From: an uncultured Rhabdochlamydiaceae bacterium
Lineage (GTDB): Bacteria > Chlamydiota > Chlamydiia > Chlamydiales > Rhabdochlamydiaceae
Direction: 5' to 3'
Length of the DNA stretch: 64,000 nt
NCBI GenBank assembly: GCA_963712275.1
Contig: CAVQHD010000001.1
Coordinates: 704,001 to 768,000 of the forward strand
Shown here: piece after piece, positions 31,919 to 42,325 of the stretch
Numbering within the stretch: the stretch's first letter is position 1
Layout of the letters: each line of letters begins with the position of its first letter
Notes under the pieces: model-generated
Seen by the model: only the letters and a program-made list of their open reading frames with translations
Databases searched by the model: none
Told to the model about the DNA's origin: nothing
Translations under genes and position numbers: made by a program

Positions 31919-33667
31919 TTGGAAAACCTTATTCATGTTCTTGAAGGCCAAGTGCGTGAAGTGCTGAAAAACATTGGATCGTCTTTGGCAGCAGCTGAAG
32001 TGACTCCGTCGACTCAACCTCAATTTGGACACTATCAATGCAATAATGCTTTGAAGATCGGCAAAGAACTCAAAAAAAATCCTCGAGAAATAGCTCAATC
32101 GATGGTGCTCGCGTGGGAAGATCTTTTAAAACAAAAGCCTCCCTTTATCAAAAAACTCGAAATTGCAGGGCCGGGATTTATCAACATTTTTCTCGATCCT
32201 GGGTACCTCTCCCATCAGCTAAATGAAGTCTTCCACGATCACCGCTTAGGGGTCCCTTTCCCTCGCAAAAAACAGCGGATTATTGTTGAATTTTCTTCTC
32301 CCAATGTCGCTAAGGAATTGCATGTGGGTCATTTAAGATCGACCATTATTGGCGATGCCCTCGCGCGGCTCTTTGAATTTTTAGGCCACGACGTTCTCCG
32401 GCTCAACCACATTGGAGATTGGGGCACTCAGTTTGGAATGCTCATCGCCTATTTGCGGTCGGAGGCTCCCGCTGTGTTAGAGGGAAGGGAGCCTACAGAT
32501 CTTCCATCCTTGATGAACTGGTATCGAGCTGCCAAGAAACGGTTTGATGAAGATCCTGCCTTTAAAAAAGAATCCCAGCTTCAAGTGGTCAAACTTCAGG
32601 GAGGCGATGAAGTTGCCCTTGCCTCCTGGAAGATGATCTGCGACATCTCTCGCCGGGCGTTTGAGGAGATTTACGCCTTTTTAGATGTGCGCCTCATAGA
32701 AAGAGGCGAGTCATTTTACAATCCGTTTTTACCAGGAGTTGTGGCCGACCTTGAAGCCCGCAACATGATTACAATTTCAGATGGAGCAAAATGCATCTAC
32801 CTTGAAGGGTATGAAGGACGCGACGGAAAACCGCTGCCCATGATCATTCAAAAATCAGACGGCGGATATAACTACGATACCACTGACATGGCAGCTCTTC
32901 GGCACCGGATTGAAGTAGAAAAAGCCGATCGCATTATCATCGTTACCGACGCGGGGCAAAGTCTTCATTTTGACATGCTTTTCAAAATTGCAGAAAAAGC
33001 GGGCTATCTTAACCGAGCAGTTGTTCGAGTTGATCATGTCCCTTTTGGAGTTGTCCTCGGAGCCGATGGAAAAAAGTTTAAAACGAGATCGGGTGAGGTA
33101 GAAAAGCTTCTCGATCTTCTTTTGGAAGCAGTGTCTAAGGCCAAGCAGATTTTGCAAGAGCGCATGCCGGAGATGAGTGAAAAAGAGTTAGAGCAGGCGG
33201 CGAGCATTTTAGGAATTGATGCTCTTAAATACGCTGATCTATCCTCACACCGCATCAAAGATTATCTCTTTAGTTATGAGCGGATGCTCCGTTTTGAAGG
33301 AAATACGGCGGCATTTCTTCTCTATGCTTATGTCCGTATGCAAAGCATTAAACGAAAAGTCGGCATCTCCATTGAGCAGGTAGCGCAAGAGGCTACCATT
33401 CAACTCGAGCATCCGACCGAGATCGACCTTGCCCTCCATCTTCGACGGTTTGGAGAAGCGCTAGAGGCTACTGCCGAAGAGCTTCTCCCCAACCGGCTTG
33501 CAGAGTACCTCTATACCCTTGCCGAAAAGTTTCATGCTTTCTTTCGAGACTGCCGCGTTGAAGGATCTCCGGAAGAAAAAAGCCGCCTTCTTTTGTGCGA
33601 AACAGCTGCCCGCATCCTGCATCAAGGGCTTGCCATCTTAGGCCTTAAAACGCTCGATCGAATGTAG
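31919..33667 (+). CDS. argS: Arginine--tRNA ligase
   Basis: FSSPNVAKELHVGH, GDWGTQFG; TTG start at 31919 inferred. Confidence 0.96.
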   Translation: MENLIHVLEGQVREVLKNIGSSLAAAEVTPSTQPQFGHYQCNNALKIGKELKKNPREIAQSMVLAWEDLLKQKPPFIKKLEIAGPGFINIFLDPGYLSHQLNEVFHDHRLGVPFPRKKQRIIVEFSSPNVAKELHVGHLRSTIIGDALARLFEFLGHDVLRLNHIGDWGTQFGMLIAYLRSEAPAVLEGREPTDLPSLMNWYRAAKKRFDEDPAFKKESQLQVVKLQGGDEVALASWKMICDISRRAFEEIYAFLDVRLIERGESFYNPFLPGVVADLEARNMITISDGAKCIYLEGYEGRDGKPLPMIIQKSDGGYNYDTTDMAALRHRIEVEKADRIIIVTDAGQSLHFDMLFKIAEKAGYLNRAVVRVDHVPFGVVLGADGKKFKTRSGEVEKLLDLLLEAVSKAKQILQERMPEMSEKELEQAASILGIDALKYADLSSHRIKDYLFSYERMLRFEGNTAAFLLYAYVRMQSIKRKVGISIEQVAQEATIQLEHPTEIDLALHLRRFGEALEATAEELLPNRLAEYLYTLAEKFHAFFRDCRVEGSPEEKSRLLLCETAARILHQGLAILGLKTLDRM

Positions 33668-34651
33668 TGGTATTTTCGAAGGCTCTCCTGGAGTTGCTCG
33701 CACATAACGAGGGATCGCGTAGCCAGGCAGGCAGTTTCGAAGCTGATTTATAAGATCGATTCCAACCTTTTCACTCACCTCAAAATGGGCTCCCCCTTGA
33801 ATACGGTCAAGTTGATGGAGATAATAAGGAAGAATCCCGTGATCGATGAGCGTCTCAAACAACATTTTTAAAGTTGAAAGGTTATCATTGACACCCTGGA
33901 GAAGAACCGCTTGATTGAGCACAGGGATCCCAAGCCGCTGAATCTTTTTTAGGCTTGCAACCACCTCTGTATCAAGCTCGCGGGGATGGTTGACATGAAT
34001 CACCACAATCACCTGTTTCTTGACCAAAGCAAGCATCTTTAAAAAAGAGTCATCGATCCTCTCGGGAATGCCGATGGGAAAACGGGTATGAAATCGAATG
34101 CGCCTTACATGAGGAATGGCTGACAAGGCCTCTAACAAGTCTCCTAAGGCAGAGTCGGAAAGAGAAAGTGGATCTCCTCCACTTAAAATGATTTCTTCTA
34201 ATGAATGCTCTTCACGGATTTCTTTTAATTCAGATTCAAAAAGTTTTTGCCGGGTTTCGTAGGGAAAATGTTGTCGAAAACAAAATCGGCAGTGCATCGC
34301 GCAGCTGCTTGTACAGAGCAGCAGTGCACGCCCTTCGTACCGGTGCAAGAGCTTCCCCGTTTTTTGAGTCGCCGTATCACCCACCGGATCGTGGCAAAAT
34401 CCCGCCGAGACCACCCGCTCTTCCTGTAGGGGAACAAATTGCCGAAAAATCGGATCGTCTAAACAATTCTTCTGAATTTTTTCAGCCAGCCGGCAAGGGA
34501 GGTTGAGAGGAAAGCGAGCATGGGGAAGCACATGCTTTTGATGCTCCTCATCCAGCTGGAGATACTCCACCAGCATCTTCCACTGCCTAAAATTTTGCTT
34601 TTGAATTTGCCTCCACGGGATCATGAAGCCCGGTTTTTCAGTTCTTTCCAC
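33638..34651 (-). CDS. epmB: KamA/EpmB radical-SAM lysine 2,3-aminomutase
   Basis: CAMHCRFCFR, SGGDPL, HVNHPRE, PYYLHQLD. Confidence 0.88.
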   Translation of the reverse strand: MERTEKPGFMIPWRQIQKQNFRQWKMLVEYLQLDEEHQKHVLPHARFPLNLPCRLAEKIQKNCLDDPIFRQFVPLQEERVVSAGFCHDPVGDTATQKTGKLLHRYEGRALLLCTSSCAMHCRFCFRQHFPYETRQKLFESELKEIREEHSLEEIILSGGDPLSLSDSALGDLLEALSAIPHVRRIRFHTRFPIGIPERIDDSFLKMLALVKKQVIVVIHVNHPRELDTEVVASLKKIQRLGIPVLNQAVLLQGVNDNLSTLKMLFETLIDHGILPYYLHQLDRIQGGAHFEVSEKVGIDLINQLRNCLPGYAIPRYVRATPGEPSKIPLHSIERFKA

Positions 34652-35826
34652 GATGGCAGCAGATTTAAAATCGCGTCAAATTGAATCACAACGTAGCTCT
34701 TAATCTCAGACGCCTGTGCTTCTTGCAGACTCATTAAAGAAAGCAGGGAGGAGTTTGCAGCCATCGCCCGGAATTCTTGAACAACCTCTTGCGACAACGA
34801 GGCAGCGACGATTTTTTTAGAGCCTCGTTGAAGCACGTGGAGCTCTTTTGCAAGCAGGAAAAAGGCTGTGCAATGAACAACGCCTGCCACAATCATTAAG
34901 TAAGCCCGCTGGACATAGGTATAATAGGTCCACGCAAGAGCTAAGACTCCAACTCCCACGACCTTCAACTGATGACTCCGACACAGTTTGTCAAAGTTTT
35001 GGAAGAATGTTTTGATTTCTTCTAAGTCTTTAGGTGGAATGTCTGCGGCTGTTATGCTCTTAAGATTTTTCTTCTCGGGAAAGAGGGCGGAGCTTAGAAA
35101 GCCTATGGGAGAGTGCATTGCTGATATTGTTAAGGATAAAAGCTTCTCAGAATTTGCTACAATTAGGTTATGCAAATATTGAATTGCCGATAATTGCTCT
35201 TTAAAAAGGATTAAACTTTTTTCATGCTCTTCGCAGCGTATCTTTCTTCGATGTGTTTGTAGATAAGAACCTATGAACAAGCTCTTTTCTAACCCTGCAT
35301 ACACCTCTTTTATCTGGTCAGGAAACTGGTTTAAATTTTCAGATGTAAGATTCTCGATAATCTGGCTGAACTGCCCTACTGCATCGGTAATAAGAGTGCA
35401 TCTTGAGGAAAGGATCCAAAAGGCGCACGCTGCACATCCATTAGCCAAGGCGAGAAACTTATGCGATGGAGCATAAAACAATCCAATTCCTGCGGTCGCC
35501 ACTCCACCTGCAAAAACAACTTTGTTCCCTATTTTTAATAGAGGCCCCAAATTGGTTAAAAAAGGTCGCCCACCTTTCCAAGAGGTAACGGTAAGAGTCT
35601 TTTGAGCTGCAATGTTTAAAGCATTAAAGGCTTGAGAGGCTTCTTTTGATAACTTCCCTGGATCTGTTTTTCCTACCAAGGCTTGCAAGGCTTCCGCATA
35701 AGAGGTTTTTTGAAAGCCTCTTAGTTGAGCAACCACAGCGGCAGTGATCGACCTCTTCTGATCATGGTTCAACCGGTTAAATGGATGATCTGGCAGTGTG
35801 GCTGTTGCCGCTGTGGGATTGCTCAT
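34621..35826 (-). CDS. Inc-like protein with two hydrophobic hairpins
   Basis: S/T/P/A-rich N-terminus and two separate bilobed hydrophobic segments. Confidence 0.55.
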   Translation of the reverse strand: MSNPTAATATLPDHPFNRLNHDQKRSITAAVVAQLRGFQKTSYAEALQALVGKTDPGKLSKEASQAFNALNIAAQKTLTVTSWKGGRPFLTNLGPLLKIGNKVVFAGGVATAGIGLFYAPSHKFLALANGCAACAFWILSSRCTLITDAVGQFSQIIENLTSENLNQFPDQIKEVYAGLEKSLFIGSYLQTHRRKIRCEEHEKSLILFKEQLSAIQYLHNLIVANSEKLLSLTISAMHSPIGFLSSALFPEKKNLKSITAADIPPKDLEEIKTFFQNFDKLCRSHQLKVVGVGVLALAWTYYTYVQRAYLMIVAGVVHCTAFFLLAKELHVLQRGSKKIVAASLSQEVVQEFRAMAANSSLLSLMSLQEAQASEIKSYVVIQFDAILNLLPSWKELKNRAS

Positions 35827-36110
35827 TGGGTTAAGCTTATCCTAGCAGGTGCTTCCGAAGAAAATCAGCTGTTTCTTGCTTAAACTTGGCAAACTCCTCT
35901 TCAGATAAAGATTGTTTACTTATGGCTAGATGATTGATTTGCAAGGGATTACTAGAGAAACAATAGGACTTACACATTAGATCAAGTTGTTGGATAGCGA
36001 GCTGTTCATTACGGCTGAAAAAATCAAACCAACTTACCTGAAGCTCTAAGGGGAAATTTTCATTGCGTACGATTGCATCCTGCTCCTCAGGAGAAAAAGG
36101 AAGATCTTCT

Positions 36111-37685
36111 GAGGGAATTGCAAAACTAACGAAAGGGAAGACTTTTTCGGGTCCGTTTTAGCAAAACCTACAGCAACTCCGAAAAAGTCTTCCCTTTCGT
36201 CATTTCTGTAATAGCGTTGCGATTTTCAACCACAAGTCACTTTTAACAAACACCTTGCGTCTGATATAATTAGCTTTCTGACAAACAATCACATCAGAGC
36301 AAGGAGCAAACCACGTGGGTCAGCTGACAGACACTTTATCAAAATATTGGGAAAAAATTCAAGGCTCTCTTTTCGCTTGGTTAGAAGAAGAGCTCGATCC
36401 ACTGACAGAAAAGCAGCAACAATTGGTTTCTATTTTGGAAGTGGTACGCATCGAAGACTTTCTTCCTTGCTATTACGGATGTGAGGGCCGCCCACAAAAA
36501 ACACGTTCAGCAATTGCCAGATCATTCGTTGTTAAAATGGTATACAATCTCGATACGACAACATTTTTGATTGATCGCTTGAAAAGCGATAAAAACCTAC
36601 GACGTATTTGTGGGTGGGAATCTCTGTCTGAACTGCCTAGTGAGGCTACTTTTTCTAGAGCCTTCACTGAGTTTGCTAAAACAGGGCTTCCTCAGCGCGC
36701 ACATGAGGCGCTGATTGTAAAGACATTGAAAAACGAAGTCGTTTTGCATAATTCACGCGATTCAACCGCAATCGAGGCTCGAGAACGGCCGCAAACCAAA
36801 ACTAAGAACAAGGCAACGCAAAACAGTGAAGATCCGGATCAGGAATTGGAGCCAAAGAAAAAAGGTCGCCCTAAAAAAGGCCAAAAACGAGCCAAACCCG
36901 AACCTACGCGCATAGACAGACAAAAAACGATGACGCTAGAAGAAATGCTGGCTGATTTACCGACAGCATGCGACAAAGGTGCTAAAAAAGACAGCAAAGG
37001 TAATACAATGTACTGGACTGGCTACAAGTTACATTTAGATACCATTGACGGAGGCATCCCTGTCAGCGCTATTGTTACTTCAGCTTCAGTTCATGACAGT
37101 CAGGTTGCAATTCCTCTGGCCACTTTAACTGCCACGAGAATCATCAACTGCTATGACCTCATGGATGCCGCTTACGACATCCCAGGTATTATCGCACATA
37201 GCCAATCTCTCGGACACAAGCCCCTAATCGATAAGAATCCAAGAGCAGACAAACAGCTCAAAAAAGACCTTGAAGCGGAAAGTCTTGCAAGAAGAACTCT
37301 GAATTTAATTTTCCCAGAAACACTGCGTTATAATGAAAGGACAGCTGCGGAACGAACCAATTCTCGTCTGAAAGACGAATTTGGTGCTTGCAAACTCAGG
37401 GTGCGCGGACTTAGTAAGGTTGCGTGCCATCTTATGTTTGGCGTGTTGGTATTGACAGCCGACCAATTGATGAAATTGGTCACGTAATCTTGCTGTAGGG
37501 TGAAAAAGTCTTCTGGCCAATGATCAAATGGGCTCCCGCTTGTTCTCACAGTGAAGATTTTTTGGATAAAACATCTAAAATTACGAGACTGGAATCGAAA
37601 AAGTGATTTTTCGGGGCCTGCCAACCGGTTTGCATTCACTATCCCCGAAAAATCACTTTTTCGTTTCTAGTTTTGCAATTCCCTC
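36111..37685 (+). mobile_element. Insertion sequence, 1575 bp (IS5/IS1182-like DDE), copy 1
   Basis: 18-bp perfect TIR GAGGGAATTGCAAAACTA; TTCT target duplication. Confidence 0.95.
36315..37487 (+). CDS. DDE transposase
   Basis: SRDST, GYKLH, MDAAYD, YNERTAAERTNSRLK motifs; AAGGAG RBS. Confidence 0.93.
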   Translation: MGQLTDTLSKYWEKIQGSLFAWLEEELDPLTEKQQQLVSILEVVRIEDFLPCYYGCEGRPQKTRSAIARSFVVKMVYNLDTTTFLIDRLKSDKNLRRICGWESLSELPSEATFSRAFTEFAKTGLPQRAHEALIVKTLKNEVVLHNSRDSTAIEARERPQTKTKNKATQNSEDPDQELEPKKKGRPKKGQKRAKPEPTRIDRQKTMTLEEMLADLPTACDKGAKKDSKGNTMYWTGYKLHLDTIDGGIPVSAIVTSASVHDSQVAIPLATLTATRIINCYDLMDAAYDIPGIIAHSQSLGHKPLIDKNPRADKQLKKDLEAESLARRTLNLIFPETLRYNERTAAERTNSRLKDEFGACKLRVRGLSKVACHLMFGVLVLTADQLMKLVT

Positions 37686-38641
37686 TTCTATTATTTTTTT
37701 GCGGACTTGAATTTCTTCTAGAGTTACTTGACGAGGAGCTTTTTCTGTTTTGGAAGGGATCGTCGCTTCCGCAGTAGTTAAATATTGAGCTTTCCCTTGC
37801 TGAACAAAATTTTCAATGAAAACGTCTTGGGATTCTGGGTTCTGTAATGCCTGGCTTATATAAGACAGCCGTTCTTCAATGCCCAAGTTATTGGTAAATT
37901 TGAAATGAGTGTATTCTCCTGTTCCGTTGGGGATAGGGTTTAGAAGGGGAAGTATGAGTTCGGTAGGACCTTTTTCCGTTTGCTGACTTCCTGGAAAATG
38001 GGTTGCCATCTCAGCTATTTCAGGGAAGCCTCCTTTTATGAGTTGTCGCATTGCATTAGGGTCGTTAGCATACATTTTAAAGGCTTCTTCAAGACTTTGT
38101 TTAATAGCTGGCTTGAGAAATGTCATCAGTTGTTGACAGGTCTCTTGCCATTGTTTCGCACGAAAATCTTGACTTATCTTATCGGAAGACGTATCCCGGG
38201 AAGGGACTTGGAAGGCAGTTTCCTGTGGTAATAATGCAGGATCGACAGGTTCATAATTATTGACATCTTTATAATCCGCATAAGCTTCATCTAATATTTT
38301 AGCGAGCTCTGGATCGAGATCTTCCGCATTGGATTTTTGATCGGTTTCTTGCGAGGAGACAGAGGTTGATGTTGTCGTTGTTGTCGCCCCTAAAAAAGAC
38401 AGATCAAAAGCTTGAAAAGCTTCTGCTAAAATTTTGTCACGAGCCCTCTCGGGATCTTGATTTTCTAGTTGCGAGAAAGAGGATGTTGAAATTGTATGTG
38501 TAGGATTTGTCCGTGAAGTCATAGATTCTCCTTATACGTTAAACAAAACGAGACGATTTTAAAATGGATGAGCAATATTTGTCACTCCAATTTTAGACGA
38601 GCGATTCTCGCTATCCTAATAAAGAGCGCTGGAATCGAAAT

Positions 38642-39997
38642 TTACCCTGTAGCGACAAGCTTGCTGCTGGAGAGAGACTCTCGGGTGACATCGGCCCCTA
38701 GGGAGGAGAGTTTTTCGACGAGGTTTTCATACCCTCGATCGAGATAGTGGGCGCCAGAGATGAGACTTGTGTCAGGCGCCATTAAGGCGGCAAGAACGTA
38801 GGCAAAGCCTGCCCGAAGATCGGGGATGGTGATATCTTTAGAGGCAAGGGGTGTGGGTCCTTTGACGACAATGCTGTGACAATAGTTTTGAGATTTGAAG
38901 CGGCATGGAACGCTTCCCAGGCACTGGGTGAACAGCTGGATATCTGCTCCCATGGCTTTTAATGTTTCGGTATAGCCAAATCGATTTTCATAGACGGTTT
39001 CATGGACGATCGAATGCCCGTCTGCTTGTGTTAAAAGGGCGACAAATGGCTGCTGCCAGTCGGTTAAAAAGCCAGGATGGACGTCGGTTTCTAGGAGAAG
39101 CCCTCCTTTAAGAGGTCCTCTATAGAAAAATTCAATGCCGTTATTTCTGACATGAAAACCGGCTCCCAGCTCGCGCAGCTTATTCAGAAAGGTGATCATG
39201 TGGGCATGTTGCGCTCCTTCGACGAAAACGGTGCCTTTTGTGCTAATGGCTGCCATTCCAAGAGAGGCAGCCTCGATTCGATCGGTAATTACACTATGTT
39301 CTACTTCATAAAATTCTTGAGCCGCTTGAATGCGAATGGTTCGATCGACGTCTACGACAATGGGAACGCCAAGCTTTTGCAAGAAAAGAACGAGGTCGAT
39401 GATTTCAGGCTCAATCGCAGCATTTTTGATCACTGTCATCCCTTTTGCGCGGCAGGCAGCAAGAATCGTGTTTTCCGTTGCCCCCACAGAAGGGAAAGGA
39501 AGTTCGATGAGAGCCCCATGAAGACCTTGATGCGCTCTGGCAAAATAGGCTCCCTCTTTTTTCATCTCGCGGAATTCAATCGTTGCGCCGAGTTTTTCAA
39601 AGGCAGAAATGTGAAAATCGACAGGCCGGGGTCCAATTTTGCACCCACCAGCGGTGGGAACGATAATATCTTCATCGGTTCGCCCGAGTAGAGCTCCGAT
39701 CATTAAAATGGGAATTCGATTAGATCCTGAGAACCGCTGCGGAATATAGGTTGTCTTGAGATGTTTCGTGACAATTTCAATCACCCCTTCTCTTTGATCC
39801 CAATGAACTGTGCTTCCAATTTCACGACAGAGATCGACAGTGACTTCGACTTCTAAAATATTGGGAACGTTAAAAAAGACACACCGCTTATCTGAAATCG
39901 CCGAAGCGACGAGAAGTTTCGTGACAGCATTTTTTGCGCCGGCTGCCTTCACATGACCTTTGAGAGGCTTGCCCCCTTTAATTTTTAAGATGTCCAT
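38642..39997 (-). CDS. murA: UDP-GlcNAc enolpyruvyl transferase
   Basis: GAKNA, GGCKIGPRPVDFH, SVGATEN, DLRAG. Confidence 0.96.
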   Translation of the reverse strand: MDILKIKGGKPLKGHVKAAGAKNAVTKLLVASAISDKRCVFFNVPNILEVEVTVDLCREIGSTVHWDQREGVIEIVTKHLKTTYIPQRFSGSNRIPILMIGALLGRTDEDIIVPTAGGCKIGPRPVDFHISAFEKLGATIEFREMKKEGAYFARAHQGLHGALIELPFPSVGATENTILAACRAKGMTVIKNAAIEPEIIDLVLFLQKLGVPIVVDVDRTIRIQAAQEFYEVEHSVITDRIEAASLGMAAISTKGTVFVEGAQHAHMITFLNKLRELGAGFHVRNNGIEFFYRGPLKGGLLLETDVHPGFLTDWQQPFVALLTQADGHSIVHETVYENRFGYTETLKAMGADIQLFTQCLGSVPCRFKSQNYCHSIVVKGPTPLASKDITIPDLRAGFAYVLAALMAPDTSLISGAHYLDRGYENLVEKLSSLGADVTRESLSSSKLVATG

Positions 39998-40155
39998 GTG
40001 CGCCCCCTGAATCGATTCTATCTAGTCTCTGTAGCGTGAACGAAATTAATTCGCAAGAACATCGCAACTCTTCCAAGAGTAGGAGGGAGGATGGCTTGCA
40101 GGAGAGTAGCTTACTGCAACTGTTTGATTTGGGAAAAGTGTTTTTTGGCATCAAC

Positions 40156-40228
40156 GGTAGGAGGAAAGTGAGATAGGGCTTTTTGGCGGCGCTCAAAAAG
40201 CCCTATCTCACTTTCCTCCCTTCCTACC
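40156..40228. mobile_element. 73-bp hairpin MITE (GGTAGG...CCTACC) with 8-bp TSD
   Basis: 26-bp perfect stem 40160-40185 / 40194-40219; GCATCAAC at 40148-40155 and 40229-40236. Confidence 0.85.
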
Positions 40229-40231
40229 GCA

Positions 40232-40741
40232 TCAACATAGCATAGGGCACTCGCAGGTTTTATCGCATTTTTTACCCCTAAAAAAACGAGCAGACGCTGC
40301 CACACAACATAATGCACCGATGGTAACGCAAGGTATTCCGATTGCATTGAAGACTGTAATAAGAGCCGAGATATCCCACCCCCCATACCCAGCGTGGGAC
40401 GTCGCATTCGTTGCATACCCTAAAAGAACGCTACCACCAATCAAGAGTGGCAAAGCCAGACAACAACACACAACAGGCATTACCTTAGGAATACAACATT
40501 GATGTTCCACGCAACGTTGCACCCAATTGGGGCAATTGTCCGTGCAACCTTCCGTGCAACCGCGCTCCGGTCTTGTCGAGTAGTCGTGGTAGTAGCTGCT
40601 GTTATTGCTCGAGATTGTATTGCTTGTTTGCGTATACGTATTGTATGTCCGTTTTGGTTCTTCTTTTGATTTCTCTATAGGAATTAGAATTGGCATATAT
40701 TCTTGTCCATACATTGTAACGGGAGCACCTACGACGGCCAT
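40232..40741 (-). CDS. Cys-rich Inc-like membrane protein
   Basis: Two hydrophobic lobes flanked by CC/CCC clusters; GGAG RBS. Confidence 0.65.
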   Translation of the reverse strand: MAVVGAPVTMYGQEYMPILIPIEKSKEEPKRTYNTYTQTSNTISSNNSSYYHDYSTRPERGCTEGCTDNCPNWVQRCVEHQCCIPKVMPVVCCCLALPLLIGGSVLLGYATNATSHAGYGGWDISALITVFNAIGIPCVTIGALCCVAASARFFRGKKCDKTCECPMLC

Positions 40742-40851
40742 ACATAATCTCCATTGTTAGGATCAAAGGCCAAGTTTCCTCTCACAAAATATTTATTGCA
40801 ATGATTTATTAAAGCCATTCTCGGTGTGCTTCATAATGATTGATCCCTCTA

Positions 40852-40898
40852 GAGGTAATTGCAAAACTCAGATGAATCTGAGTTTTGCGAGCTACCTC
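40852..40898. mobile_element. 47-bp mini-MITE related to the resident IS
   Basis: GAGGTAATTGCAAAACTC end resembles the IS TIR; TCTA duplication on both sides. Confidence 0.8.
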
Positions 40899-40899
40899 T

Positions 40900-42246
40900 C
40901 TACATTAATAAATTGTGGATGGCCTCTCTTTGACTTTCGTGTGCAAGCGAGGCAACTGCATACAGTGGCCTTGAATCGAGATTTTCGACAACGGAATAGT
41001 CGAGGGCGGAGAAACGAATTCCTAAAGACGATTTTGGGTGTGTTTCTAAGAAAAGGCGAAGGCTGCGAAGCGTCTTACCATGGCCGCTCTTGACTTCAAC
41101 GGGGAGAATTTGCTCTCCTCTTTGAAGAAGGTAATCGACTTCTGCTGTGCTATTTTTTTCTTTCCGTTTCCAAAAATAAAGATCGGCTTTGTTATCTGGG
41201 CTTGCATAGCAGAGGAGTTCTTGGCCGACGAAGGCTTCAGCAATTTCTCCACGATTCTCAAACCCCTCTAAAGGGCGTAAAAACCATATCGAAATATCGG
41301 ATCCCAAAATCGATTGGCAAAGAGCCACATCAAGATAGATGATTTTAAATGTTTCAAAATCGACATCGGATCCGATGGGGATCCCTTGACCGGATGAATG
41401 ACGGATGATATGAACAACATTTGCACTTTCGAGAAGCTCTAAAGCAGGGGCAAGTTCCCGTTTCCGATATTCTCCGTGAATTTCTCTATAAGAAAACTTT
41501 TTTCCAACAAGATGTGGAATTTGACGAAAGAGCTGTTCGACGTATTTAACTTGAGTTTTTCTAGCATATTTTTCAAAGTCTTGGCGATAAGTGGCTGCAA
41601 TTTCTTGGAGGACTTTTAAAGAGGAGGCTGGATCTTTCGTTTGAATCCACCTCGCGATCGTTTCAGGCATTCCTCCAATCGAGAGGTATTCACCTAGGAT
41701 GTCTAATATTTTTGTATGAATCGGCTCTTCCATTAAAACTCCAAGCTGATGAGTCGATATTTCCCTTGCAATCAAGAGGTTTCCTGTTGCGACAAGGTAT
41801 TCCAAAAAGGAAAGTGGATACATATACAACATAGAGATCCGTCCGACAGGAACCCCAACTTTTGCTATTGCAAATTCCAAAAGAGATCCAGCTGCGATCA
41901 CATGAAGATCTGGCATTTCTTCGTAAAAATATCGTAAGGCTAAAATAGCTCGAGGTGACTGCTGGATTTCATCTAAGAAAAGAAGGGTTTCCCCAGGAAT
42001 AATCGGAGCTTTGACAAGCAGGGAAAGAGAGCGGATGATCCTTTCTGCGACAAGATCCTTTTCAAAAATGGACGCAGCCTCTTCCAACTGCTCAAAATTA
42101 ACCTCTACAAAATGTTGAAATCCTTGGCCAAGCCGTCGGACAGCATAGGTTTTCCCCACCTGCCTGGCCCCTCGTAATAGAAGGGGTTTTCGATAGGGGT
42201 CAACTTTCCATTTGTCGAGGTGAAAGTCTATAATTCTTTTAAACAT
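40900..42246 (-). CDS. AAA+ ATPase (AAA_14/DUF4143-type)
   Basis: GARQVGKT, FLDEIQ, GGMPE, EVDYL...PVEVKS C-terminus. Confidence 0.88.
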   Translation of the reverse strand: MFKRIIDFHLDKWKVDPYRKPLLLRGARQVGKTYAVRRLGQGFQHFVEVNFEQLEEAASIFEKDLVAERIIRSLSLLVKAPIIPGETLLFLDEIQQSPRAILALRYFYEEMPDLHVIAAGSLLEFAIAKVGVPVGRISMLYMYPLSFLEYLVATGNLLIAREISTHQLGVLMEEPIHTKILDILGEYLSIGGMPETIARWIQTKDPASSLKVLQEIAATYRQDFEKYARKTQVKYVEQLFRQIPHLVGKKFSYREIHGEYRKRELAPALELLESANVVHIIRHSSGQGIPIGSDVDFETFKIIYLDVALCQSILGSDISIWFLRPLEGFENRGEIAEAFVGQELLCYASPDNKADLYFWKRKEKNSTAEVDYLLQRGEQILPVEVKSGHGKTLRSLRLFLETHPKSSLGIRFSALDYSVVENLDSRPLYAVASLAHESQREAIHNLLM

Positions 42247-42325
42247 GGCTATTTTCCAAGGGTAAATCGATTGATTTTTGGTCGTTTTCCAACCCAAAAA
42301 TGACATGTTTTTGGTTAAAGATCAA

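Larger units (their letters stand above)
35837..38522 (-). pseudogene. Putative effector gene (about 368 aa) split by IS copy 1
   Basis: Removing the IS and one TTCT joins ...KIIE to DLPFSPEEQ...RKHLLG, 89 more codons, stop at 35837. Confidence 0.85.

Noticed and set aside
37305..37639. Antisense ORFs in the IS (repeated at 58876-59210)
   Set aside because: They recur only because the IS is duplicated; no recognisable motif.
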